Part shown: piece after piece, positions 10,782 through 21,422 of the stretch
How positions within the stretch are numbered: position 1 is the first letter of the stretch
How the letters are laid out: each line of letters opens with the position of its first letter
From: Perkinsus chesapeaki ATCC PRA-425
Taxonomy: Eukaryota > Protista > Perkinsozoa
Assembly (NCBI GenBank): GCA_013115145.1
Contig: JAAPAO010000202.1
Location: 1-53,280, forward strand
Length of the DNA stretch: 53,280 bases
Direction: 5' to 3'
The notes under the pieces: model-generated
Told to the model about the DNA's origin: nothing
Database searches by the model: none
What the model saw: only the letters and a program-made list of their open reading frames with translations
Program-made: the position numbers and the translations under genes

Positions 10782-11582
10782 CTACCGCAAAACGAGCCTT
10801 TGGAGGGCCATTCCGATGGTACCACCCATGAGGGGGCCAACTATAGGAACCCAGAAGTAATAGTTATCTGCAGTGAAGACTTGAGAACCCCATCCGGCCA
10901 TAGCACTAAACAGCCTAGGACCGAAGTCTCTAGCTGGATTTATAGCATAACCGGTGTTCACTCCAAAACTAATACCAATTGTTAAGACAACTAGACCGAC
11001 GAATCCAGCAACGTGGAAGCGATTGGCTGGGGCGCTGTCTTTGGTGTCGCCAATAGCAGCAATGGCTGCTGTGAGGAGGGCGCTACCGACGACTTCGTTA
11101 ACAACAGAGTTAAAGGCGTTGTTACCCGCTCTAGGATAGGTTGCAAACACTCCTGCGTTAGACAGGTCTTTTACTTCGAAGTCTTGATAATAGCACAGAA
11201 AAGTAATACAAGCACCAATGAAGGCACCGAGGACTTGAGAAGCAACATACGGGACGAGGTTCCTCCATGGCATTAGGTTGCAGACACACAGAGCTAGCGA
11301 AACCGCTGGGTTCAGTTGGGCACCAGAAATACGGTAGCTGGCAAGGACACCGAAAGTCACACCACATGCCCAACCAATGGCTATGCATAGGTAGTTGCCG
11401 AGGCCACAGACGTTGACTTGTGCAACCACGCCGGTACCGAAAGCCAGTAGGATAGCGGTTCCAAACATCTCGGCAAAGCACTTCTTCCAGAGTGGTGGCT
11501 CACCAGAAGGCGACTGTGCCACCGTTGATGAGCTTCCGGAGGATTGGCGGCAGGTTTTTAGAAATATATCTGAGCCGCTCAT
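10782..11582 (-). CDS. AQP: Aquaglyceroporin, copy 2 (most divergent), intronless
   Basis: SGAQLNPAVS and GYAINPARDFGPR; ATG at 11582. Confidence 0.97.
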   Translation of the reverse strand: MSGSDIFLKTCRQSSGSSSTVAQSPSGEPPLWKKCFAEMFGTAILLAFGTGVVAQVNVCGLGNYLCIAIGWACGVTFGVLASYRISGAQLNPAVSLALCVCNLMPWRNLVPYVASQVLGAFIGACITFLCYYQDFEVKDLSNAGVFATYPRAGNNAFNSVVNEVVGSALLTAAIAAIGDTKDSAPANRFHVAGFVGLVVLTIGISFGVNTGYAINPARDFGPRLFSAMAGWGSQVFTADNYYFWVPIVGPLMGGTIGMALQRLVLR

Positions 11583-12826
11583 TCCATACAAATCATAACT
11601 GAGGATAAATAATGTAAGAGAAACCTTCTCCTGGAGGAGCGCTTCATCGATTTGCTATGAAGGCAGCTCAACGAGGATCTTTGAAAGAAAGACCATCTAC
11701 GATACGGTATCGTCGATATGAACGCTAGCATAACTCTAAAGTTTTGTCTTTTCGGGCTGCCATTACTGGAATTGAAACTTGGCGTAGCTAAGAAGAAGTA
11801 TTTGGGGAGAAAGGGGTTACGCTGTGGAAAACTCGTAACTCATCAAGCAAAGCTGTCCCCTATCTAAGGCCAAACGAATTCTGTTTCCTATCCACCGCCC
11901 TTCTTTTAATGCAGCTACAAGTCCTAGAGAGTCTTATCCGAGTTATTTGTCGATGTGCAGAAACCGATTGCCTTATGTCCGCCAAGGGGTCCATCGAATA
12001 CCTGAGGTATTATACCTCTATTGCGAATCACTCTTCTGACACTCGTTAACATTCTATAGGGAAATTTACTGAGAGCTGTACCTATGGTACCATAGGTAAT
12101 CGAACCTGTTAAAAAATCTGAACCAGCTTTGCTAGCGCAATATACCCGTAAAACGGATCATGAGATATGTCACTGTAATTAAGAGCTGTTGGCATTCGTT
12201 TCGATGCCATTCGCAATGTAATCAAAGCGACGACGAAAAGGTAAGCGCTGTTACATTACAAATAAGCGACTAGTAGTCGTCGACTACAGTTACAACGCGG
12301 TACTGTTGCACAATATTTGTCTCCCTTCACGCAGCGGTGGGGTCTCTTTGTGTTACGTGTCTATCTTGATAGTATGTCTTTCTCGAGATTATTCGGTTTA
12401 GATCGTATATTCCGGGAACGGTATTTACTATCAACACAAGCCGTACCGGGAAGAAACAGTAGCCAGAAGCGCCTCTTGGGCTTTAAGCGAGGAAGAAGTG
12501 CGAACTTGAACCTGGCGAATGGAATAAAGTGTACAGACGCTAGTCTGGGAAGACACTGTGACTAATAGTGCAAGCGGAATGTTGACGCTAGGCAACTTAG
12601 TGCCTATCTTACGACGTGAAACGGCACAAGTACGGTGATGATCAAAAAAGTTCACCTGTGAATATCAGCACTGTCGATTTCGACAAGTAGTTGTAGGTAG
12701 CTCGAAGCCTTAACAAATAATTATACTGCTCTGGAAAGCAATCTTCTGCTCCTCATTCCTCGGGCGGGGCACGGCCTATAAGGCCCTGCAGGCTGCAGCC
12801 TCACTGGGTTGCAATCAAAACAATAG

Positions 12827-13630
12827 CTACAATAGGGTGAGCCTTTGGAGAGTAATACCGATAGTCCCGCCAAGCATGGGGCCGACTATAGGGACCCAGA
12901 AATAATAATTGTCCGCCGTGAAGACCTGAGAACCCCATCCTGCTAAAGCAGTGAATAATCTAGGACCGAAGTCTCTTGCTGGATTTATAGCATAACCAGT
13001 ATTGGCCCCAAAGCAGAGACCAATTGCCAGTACAACAAGACCGACGAATCCAGCGATGTGGAAGCGATTGGCGGGAGCTTTATCCTTGCTGTCGATAACC
13101 GCAGCTATCGCTGTTGTGAGGAGAGCAGTGCCAACAATCTCATTAACGATCTGGTTGAAGGCGTTTGTTCCTGGCCTGGGATAGGTCGCAAAGACACCGG
13201 CATTGGAAAGGTCCTTCGCTTCCATTTCTTGATAGTAACATAGAAATGTTATAGCAGCACCGATGAAGGCCCCCAAGATTTGTGAGCCAATGTACGGCAG
13301 GAGGTTCCTCCACGGCATAAGTTTTGAGACACACAGAGCCAGCGAAACCGCTGGGTTCAAGTGAGCACCAGATATGCGGTAGCTAGCAAGGACGCCGAAG
13401 ACTACACCGCACGCCCAACCAATAGTTATGCACAAGAAGTTGCCGACACCGCACACCTTGACTTGGGCCACCACGCCCGTTCCCAACGTAATTAGGACAG
13501 CCGTCCCGAACAATTCTGCGAAGCATTTCCTCCAAAGTGGGACTTCATGAGAAGTTGGCTCCGGCGGTATAGCCGATGAGCATTCAGAGGAACGAGGCCA
13601 TTTTTTAAGGAAAATTCCGGAACCACTCAT
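12827..13630 (-). CDS. AQP: Aquaglyceroporin, copy 3, intronless
   Basis: SGAHLNPAVS and GYAINPARDFGPR. Confidence 0.97.
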   Translation of the reverse strand: MSGSGIFLKKWPRSSECSSAIPPEPTSHEVPLWRKCFAELFGTAVLITLGTGVVAQVKVCGVGNFLCITIGWACGVVFGVLASYRISGAHLNPAVSLALCVSKLMPWRNLLPYIGSQILGAFIGAAITFLCYYQEMEAKDLSNAGVFATYPRPGTNAFNQIVNEIVGTALLTTAIAAVIDSKDKAPANRFHIAGFVGLVVLAIGLCFGANTGYAINPARDFGPRLFTALAGWGSQVFTADNYYFWVPIVGPMLGGTIGITLQRLTLL

Positions 13631-13708
13631 TTCGCTTTTATGGCAACTGCGTGGGGAACTAGAGCACTACAGTGGCTTGGAGAGTAGTTGACGCAACACG
13701 GTGGTGGT

Positions 13709-14280
13709 TTATGAAACTGACGCCAGCTTGTCGTGATAGTGTTTGATCTGTTCGTGCTCCCGTTGTCGGAGCTGTAACTTGACAAGACTGAAGAGGAAGT
13801 ACGTAAGGAGGTTACTTTACATAACAGGGCCTTATTCGCTCAAGACCCAAAATGTTTTGTTGTCAATCAAGTCCAACTTGATAGTAAACAGGCTACCACT
13901 GTCGACACTGTTGCCAGTCACCTAGAAGAAACATGTTAGTCGGCGATGGTCGATTGAAATGGTCCTTAATAACGAGCAAATACATGATACAACAATCACG
14001 TCTTCTTGCTCTAAGGCTACTGGCCTTCATTATCATCATCATCATCATCTGCTCCTTCATCCTCGGGCCTCGAAACACTCGACGAGTCTTGACGGCTCGA
14101 TGAGTCGGCGATGGTCATGTTACCGAAAAGGCGTCCTTTTCTGGTTGCTCCGAGGACGAGATAACCTTTACTATTTTCACCAGGTTTTCATAATTCAGTA
14201 CGGTTATCCTGCCAGCAAGAGCATTCCGCTGGCCGGGTGACCAGACTGACGGTGCCAGGACTTGGCGTCAGAATGATTTG
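13709..14280 (-). pseudogene. Decayed duplicate of the ET-domain exons of the BET-like gene
   Basis: Aligns to 16417-16800 (QRNALAGRITVLNYENLVKIVKVI; FTIKLDLIDNKTFWVLSNLVKLQ); 22-nt frameshifting insertion at 14232-14253; no bromodomain exons seen upstream. Confidence 0.75.
13938..14116 (-). mobile_element. 151-bp insertion flanked by a 14-bp direct repeat inside an intron
   Basis: agtcggcgatggtc at 13938-13951 and 14103-14116; the paralogous intron near 16630-16674 is short and has only one related motif. Confidence 0.75.
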
Positions 14281-15006
14281 GCACAGGGAGCATTGCTTCG
14301 GCACAATCCCCTCTCTTAGGGACACATTTAGCTGTGGTTTCAGGGCTCAAAGACCCATTGGATTGCATGACGCGCCATCTCGTTTGAGATGTTTGAGAGC
14401 TTTGCATCTCACTGTTTGGAAATAGCAAAGCCTTTATCGAAGTTTCGTACACGTTCAGCATATCTTGAGGAGTGTATCGTTTTCCGGGGTGTATTATTAT
14501 CTTTCAGGGCTAAGGTGGCTTCCTGACGTCCATCTTATACCAGGGGTGACTGTGGGACATTTCCTTCGCTAGTTTGAAGCATCGCCTACGCTGAACTAGT
14601 GACCATCCGCTCGGATGAGCGTCATCCGATGACGGCTACTCCTGGTTGATCTCACCAATAACCCAACATTGCCTGCTAGACTGTTTGTAATAAGGGGCGA
14701 TGTGGAGAGCGTAGACCCAAACAACTAGTATATGTACTTCAGCCACGACAATAAGTGCGACCAAGTAAGAGCTGGATTCTGCACACAGCAACGTGCTCCT
14801 GCAAATATTGCAACCAATATTGAGGAGACAAAGCAGTGCTTATACTAGGGGATCGATCAGGTTACTTGCGGTGATCTCGCGAACAAACGCTCACCAGCAA
14901 GCTCAATGATTGTCTATGTAGACGGGTAGTTCTCGAATGCTCAAAATATAATAAATGAGGACAATCTGCCTTATAATGAAGAAATAGTTACAATATAAAA
15001 TAGTAG

Positions 15007-15804
15007 CTACCATAGAACAAGTCTTTGGAGAGTAATACCAATAGTCCCGCCTAACATGGGGCCGACTATAGGGACCCAGAAATAGTAATTGTCCGCAGTG
15101 AAGACCTGAGGGCCCCATCCTGCTAAAGCAGTGAATAATCTAGGACCGAAGTCTCTTGCTGGATTTATAGCATAACCAGTATTGGCCCCAAAGCATAGGC
15201 CTATCGCTAGTAAGGCAAGACCGACGAATCCAGCGATGTGAAAGCGATTGGCGGGAGCTTTATCCTTGCTGTCGATAACCGCAGCTATCGCTGTTGTGAG
15301 AAGAGCAGTGCCAACCATCTCATTAACGATCTGGTTGAAGGCGTTTGTTCCTGGCCTGGGATAGGTCGCAAAGACACCGGCATTGGAAAGGTCCTTCACT
15401 TCCATTTCTTGATAGTAGCATAGAAATGTTATAGCAGCACCGATGAAGGCCCCCAAGATTTGTGAGCCAATGTACGGCAGAAGGTTCCTCCACGGCATAA
15501 GTTTTGAGACACAAAGAGCCAGCGAAACCGCTGGGTTTAAGTGAGCACCAGATATGCGGACACTGGCAAGGATGCCGAATACCAAACCGCAAGCCCAACC
15601 AATGCTGAGAGCCAGGTAGTTGCCGACAACATCCACTTTGACTTGGGCCACCACGCCCGTCCCAAACCCTACAAGGAGTACAGTGCCAAACAATTCGGCT
15701 ATGCATTTCCTCCAAAGTGGGGCTTCATGGGGAGGCGGCTCGAATGGCTTCTCCGATACATCGGAGGAACGACGCTTATCAACAGCAATTCCGGAACTAC
15801 TCAT
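15007..15804 (-). CDS. AQP: Aquaglyceroporin, copy 4, intronless
   Basis: SGAHLNPAVS and GYAINPARDFGPR. Confidence 0.97.
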   Translation of the reverse strand: MSSSGIAVDKRRSSDVSEKPFEPPPHEAPLWRKCIAELFGTVLLVGFGTGVVAQVKVDVVGNYLALSIGWACGLVFGILASVRISGAHLNPAVSLALCVSKLMPWRNLLPYIGSQILGAFIGAAITFLCYYQEMEVKDLSNAGVFATYPRPGTNAFNQIVNEMVGTALLTTAIAAVIDSKDKAPANRFHIAGFVGLALLAIGLCFGANTGYAINPARDFGPRLFTALAGWGPQVFTADNYYFWVPIVGPMLGGTIGITLQRLVLW

Positions 15805-16416
15805 TATACCCTACTGCTAACTGAATAGACCCCCGTATACTATGGGCTCATTGCCGCCCGACATTCACTTTTTAAACTGAGCCCTCTTCAAGAGAGTTCC
15901 TTAAGAAGGCTCACCCACCCCATTGCCATGCGCTCACGTACAGATTTGCGTGGAGTGCATGATTCTCGTTTGGTATAGCACAAAGTGTTGTGTGAAGTGT
16001 AGGGTCGGCAATTCGACGGGCAGTAATACTGCTGGGGCCCAGTAAACCATTTATTGACCTTGGCAAGATGCCGCTTTAATGTACTGTTATTGCTCCAAGG
16101 TTGGGCGATTCGAAACTGAGGTGAAGCGCCGAGTGCTCAGACTCGCGCGGTTGCCACGTTGAGTGGCGGCAACTTGCGCGACATACAGCCTCGGTTTCAA
16201 CCATGTCGGTTGATTGTAACGTTCACGCCTGAGTAGCCCTGTGAGTGCCGTCATGTATAGTAGCAACGCATTGCTATACAATTGGGGAATAATGCGTCAT
16301 CCGAAAATGAAGGGGAAGAAGCGCAGGCAGCGCTCGCCCATCAACTGCGTGAAAGTCTGCAGAAACCTGCAAGGTGGCGCCTCCTCAAAAAAGGTTCAAT
16401 TCAACACAATGGCGGT

Positions 16417-18128
16417 TTATGAAACTGACGCCAGCTTGTCGTGATAGCGTTTGAACTGTTCGTGCTCCTGTTGTCGGAGCTGTAACTTGACAAGACTGAA
16501 GAGGAAGTACGTAAGGAGGTTACTTTACATAACAGGGCCTTACTTGCTCAAAACCCAAAATGTTTTGTTGTCAATCAAGTCCAACTTGATAGTAAACAGG
16601 CTACCACTGTCGACACTGCTGCTATCCACCTAGAAGACACGTGTTACTCGGCGATGGAGCCATGCTCATCTTACTGAAAGGGCGTCCTTTTCTGCTTGCT
16701 CCGAGCACGAGATAACCTTCACTATCTTTGCCAAGTTTTCAGGGTGCAGTTTGGTTATTCGGGCAGCAAGAGCATTCCGTTCCCCAGGACTCGGTGTCAA
16801 GAGAGAGAAGCGATCCAGTGGAATGACCGTGGGGGCAGGAACGGCTGAGAACGAACATCTAGCCGACATAGAATGCCACAGCAGGTGGGTACACGAAGGG
16901 GATGCCGGACTCTCCAAGTCACCATCGGACGAGCTTGCAGACTCGGAAGTAGCGCGCTGAGGAGGAGAAGTCGGCCGGCCTGCGGGAAATTCAACCAACC
17001 TTCTTCCGCTTCTTCTTCCTTTTGGACGTCTTTGAGCTCGCATCGCCTATGGCAGGATAACTAGTTCCACATCCTTTGGGCGAGCAGCTCACCTTTCTTA
17101 GGATCCTTTTTGGACTTCTTCATACGGACCGACGACGATCCTAAGGGGAACTTCGACAGAGTGAAGTGACAGTGAGATTTCCAACCTTCTTGCTCATCCT
17201 CAGCCTCACTGACCTCCCTCAGTGCCTCTGCAGTCAACCGAACACTTGGGCTAGGCTCGAGCTCTTTCATCCGGGCATCTTAAGAACACACCGTGATACC
17301 CGATTACTGCCGACATTTCTCGCAGCAGCGGTGGGAGAAGATACACGGTTTCGACAATAGCCATTCCCTTAGGGTGCTCTCAGTATTCAATAATTCATTG
17401 AGTTATTCATCCGTGTATAGGACGAACTCTCCTACGTGCTTGAAATTCCAGCACCGTCGCGATTCCTTCAACGGTGAGACATCTTACTTGGTATATTAGC
17501 GATGACCCAATCATCCACCAGAGCTCTACTGATAGTCTGCATCTCCTGGGAAGCTGAATAGGCGTCGCAGTCTGGTCTGTTGTACCTTTACGAGACAGCG
17601 TGCGGCTGAAGGAAGAAGCCTAAGGAGCTACGTCATGCAGTTGATCCAAATCTGCTCCAAATCGTTAAAAACATCCTGAACGAACTGGTACTTCTCAATC
17701 GGTCTGAGGTTCAATAAGACAATTACGGCAAGATATTTCCATAGGATAATTCAGAGTGGCCAACCATGACCAGTGTTCCGGAACGACTCACGGTTTGGGT
17801 ATTCGTGGCTTCCTCCCCCTTCGGCGCCCCTTCAGCTTTATCTCCATAGTGGAGAGATCCATCGGCCGTTTCACTATGTCCTTGTACGTGGGATAGACCT
17901 TCGTGTCCACAGGCTAGGAGAAGGGGCTCGTCGGTGGAACAAGTTGCACTGAGCTTACCGTCAGGAAGTACTCGGCGCGTGGCTCTTCACGAATGCGATC
18001 CAAGAACTGACGGGCCCGTCCGCAAGCGTAATGGAGACCGTGTTTACCTTCAGAAGACTGTTTCGAAGAGGATCATCGATCTTGGTTTTAAGCAGGAGGT
18101 CCTGGGTCTCATCAGAGAGCTTTGACAT
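16417..18128 (-). CDS. Bromodomain + extra-terminal (ET) domain protein (BET/GTE-like), multi-exon
   Basis: Spliced: LLKFLDRIREEPRAEYFLT-PVDTKVYPTYKDIVKRPMDLSTMEIKLK...YQFVQDVFNDLEQIWINCMT-YN (bromodomain); ERNALAARITKLHPENLAKIVKVI...FTIKLDLIDNKTFW (ET). Confidence 0.9.
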
Positions 18129-18343
18129 TATCCGACAAAGACCGCGCGCCGTCCACTGAACCACTGAGCCTTAGGCCCCACCAACTGGTAACGCAACAAA
18201 CAGATAGAAAAGAGAAATTGGTAATGTTCGCATATTCACGTCAGTATCATCGCCCGCTGCCTTTCCGTAATGCGTCGTAGTCCGTCGGAGCTTCCTTTCG
18301 ATAACGCTCAATAACCGCTCGAGCCCGGTCTGACCGCTCGCCC

Positions 18344-18950
18344 TCATCCCGAACCTATATCAAATTCGTGCACCAAAACACATTGATCACAATGATTCTT
18401 ACAAATCGGCTCATGATAACTCGACAGTTGTACACGCCAGCAACGTAGAGGAATGACACTGGAGGCACCTACAAGGATTTGATGAGCCCTGGCGTAGTCC
18501 GCAGCGGCCTTACTATTGCAAGGAACTGAGGCAGGATAGGCCGATTCCGGAAGAGGGGAAGGCGGCTGACACTTCGCCACGTTATAGGGTAGGACAGGGC
18601 TGAAGAACACCGGATACTGATGAAAAACCCTTCCTACAAAGATTTCGGGGACGCAGGAAAAGGAAGCTTTCTGCAATGGCACGGGTACCGACCTGCTATA
18701 AGTCCGAGTGTCAAAGGGGAACCGGACCTCAACATGTCGGACTCATACCTGATCATCGGAGAATGCAAAGGCGCCTCGTGGCCTGCTGATTTTACATCGT
18801 GAGACATTCACCACTGTGCTCATCTCTCCCGGTCGGTTTTCCTTCTGGCCACTTCAGCTCTCTACAGCAGTCAATTAATGCTCTGAAACATCATCTTAGA
18901 AGTAGGCAACGAGAAAAACCACTCTGACATACTTCCGATTCCGCAAAGAC
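18344..18950 (-). CDS. Possible hypothetical multi-exon gene
   Basis: Several canonical-looking introns and open segments, but the reading frame could not be fixed. Confidence 0.3.
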
Positions 18951-19123
18951 GCCCATATGTCGGACAAGTATGACGTCATGAAGGTGAAACTACGTAACAT
19001 TCCATTATGGATCGGACAGACACGTCGCCTTACTTAGCTGCAATAACGCAACTTGATTCTTGATAGAAGAAACATGCGCTCAACGCACCCGATGGCAGCC
19101 AATTTGTATTGATATAAACTTTG

Positions 19124-21270
19124 TCATTCTTCATACTTTTCCCGGAGAGCCTCGAAGTCCGCCGGAGACATCGCCTTGTACATATCTTTGACAATTTCAT
19201 CCTGGCTACTCAAAGGGCCGTCAAAATTTACCTGAGATAAGCGACAATCTCAAGTTGGTTCTTGCCTAGATAGGAAGCATACGATCTCACGAATGACACC
19301 TCGAAAGTGATGCAGCATTGACACATAAAGTATGCTTATCGACGGTATCTGACTGGAGTACAATCCCCTGAGGGTGCCAAGGAGCCTACAGCGCAGATGA
19401 CCAGCGGTGCCGGGGGCGGTAGCCTTTTGATTGCAGGCCATCGGAGGGCTTGTCGCAGAAGCAGAGGATAGACGAGAGCTGAGTAAGAACAGGTTTCATT
19501 GCAGCTGCTCTTTGTATTGCATCACCTGCGAACATGCCTACAAAGATGGGGGTTCCGCTATCCTTGAGGATGATGTTGGAGTCGAATCTATCAAAAGGTA
19601 GATTACAAGGCTTGCGGCTAGCATACCTCGCTGGACTCACTCATCGAAGTTATCTAATCGCGGTTTAGAAAACTGTGATTCCAGTTTACCCTTGGCATAG
19701 CAAGTGAACAACGACCTGAAAACAGATGGCGCACGACACTCGTGGGCAAGATAGCTCCGAGCTATCATGCCCACGAGCTATTAGCTCGTCGCTTAGGTTT
19801 CAAGAAAACTTGTACTATTTAACACCATTTTTGCCTATCGCTAGAGTTAGCACCAAGAATACCACGGGGAGCTGCTCCCCGAGACGATAACGCAACATCC
19901 GGCAGAAATGGCGTACATGCTACACAGAAAAGGTCTTCCTCAGAATGAAGATGTCAATATCGATACATGGTGTATCATACACCACCTGCATGACCATTCG
20001 TGGCGGCCGGGAATTGAAGTTCATGGTCTATGGGAAATACCCACTATGAATGCTGCTACTTTTACAGTAAATAACAACCCCACGAGTCGTGGGCACAGCT
20101 TGGCCAATGCCGTGGATAACAGAGGTTATCTCAGCCGTTAACCTCAGGTCCGAATAGTCCCTACTTTGACTGCGAATCACTTTCGAAAAGTAGTTGGATC
20201 CCCCCCGATATGGCGGACATATGCTTCCCAATCAGGACATTGCCCAAGAAGGTTCGAGTTGGCATCCATGGTCTCGCGTACGTCTCCCACAAAGTATATA
20301 TGTCCCATAAGCTCAACTCGCGATATGATACGTATCCGATTCAATGGATTTTTAAACACGGAATGAAATAGTTAAATTCGTGTATACGTACCACACTGGA
20401 GGTGCCCGTCTGCACACCCTTGTCCTTCACATCGATTTTCTTGACACCTACTAAATATTGTAGTATTGCAAGGAATGTTATTACTTTCCCCGCGAGTCGT
20501 GAGTCACGACCTTCTAAGAGGTCGTGGCTAAGTGCGCTAATCCGACCGGTGAGCTATTTTCGTACCACATGGGGAGTCCCCATTGAGGACAATTTTGCAG
20601 TATCCTTCGGAACAGCCGAGAAGCCTTCTGGGAGAAAGTGATTCTTTTTCGACGGAGGAACTACCGTCAAAATCTCAGTTTTTTTATTTCATTTGGTATT
20701 AGACAGAAACTGTAATCCCTAATTCGATCGGAGACGATGTTGAAGGCAACAAGGTAACATTTTGTTTGAAAGGCTTGTTCACGAGGATTAGTCTCGGGAG
20801 TGCCTTCAACAGACCTGATAAGTTAGTCTACTCAGTTGCGGGGTTCCAACGTTCCAACCTCAAGCTGCCACGTCCACGGATCAAAGAAGTTAGTCGGAGA
20901 GATGAGAACATACTATGTTCAACATGGGTACAACTGGAACACCTATAAAGTGTGTAGAGTCCGCCTTAGTTTATAGCATAAACTAAGGTGAACTCCGCCT
21001 GGCGGAGGCCTGCCAGGATGATGTAGTCTAGATCTCCCAACTGTTTAGCCAATCCACACCGCACCGGATTGCTTCACGCCCACGGGAAGCGCGAGTCAGA
21101 AAGAGTTAAAGTCACGACAAACATGCTACCGCTTTTAAGTACACGCAAAGCTACCTGCAGTTCAGTAGAGTGGCTGCCACATCATTTGGGAAGCTCTGCA
21201 GGCCAGGGGCTGATCTCATTCTGCCAGATGAGCTAGAAAAGCGACCGAGGTCGGCACCAAGAATGTCCAT
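19124..21270 (-). CDS. Hypothetical multi-exon protein
   Basis: Exon fragments MDILGADLGRF..., LGDLDYIILAG, GHIYFVGDVRETMDANSNLLGQCPDWEAY, FVGMFAGDAIQR, last exon VNFDGPLSSQDEIVKDMYKAMSPADFEALREKYEE*. No family recognised; may be more than one gene. Confidence 0.55.
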
Positions 21271-21422
21271 TCACAAAAAAAGGTAGAAACAAGCTGCTGA
21301 ATCAATCAAATGAAGGACGCACCGTCACCGTTTCCCGAAATCAGTCCTAGCCAAGCAACAGAAACATTAATGACAACAGCATGTCATAGCACGGGCCGTG
21401 CTGTATGGCTAGTAGCCGTCGG

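Noticed and set aside
13959-14240. Plus-strand ORF with a poly-His tract
   Set aside because: It is the antisense reading of the (GAT)n Asp run in the captured fragment and of the ET pseudogene.
14232-14253. 22-nt insertion starting ACCGT as an inserted spliced leader
   Set aside because: Better explained as a degenerate tandem duplication of the adjacent agtcctggcacc sequence.
8460-15828. Recurrent short plus-strand ORFs over the aquaporin genes
   Set aside because: They recur only because they are antisense shadows of the duplicated aquaporin CDS.
20549-20600. Plus-strand GT-AG intron suggesting a gene opposite the minus-strand block
   Set aside because: Flanking plus-strand frames close quickly, while the minus strand has open exons bounded by splice sites here.
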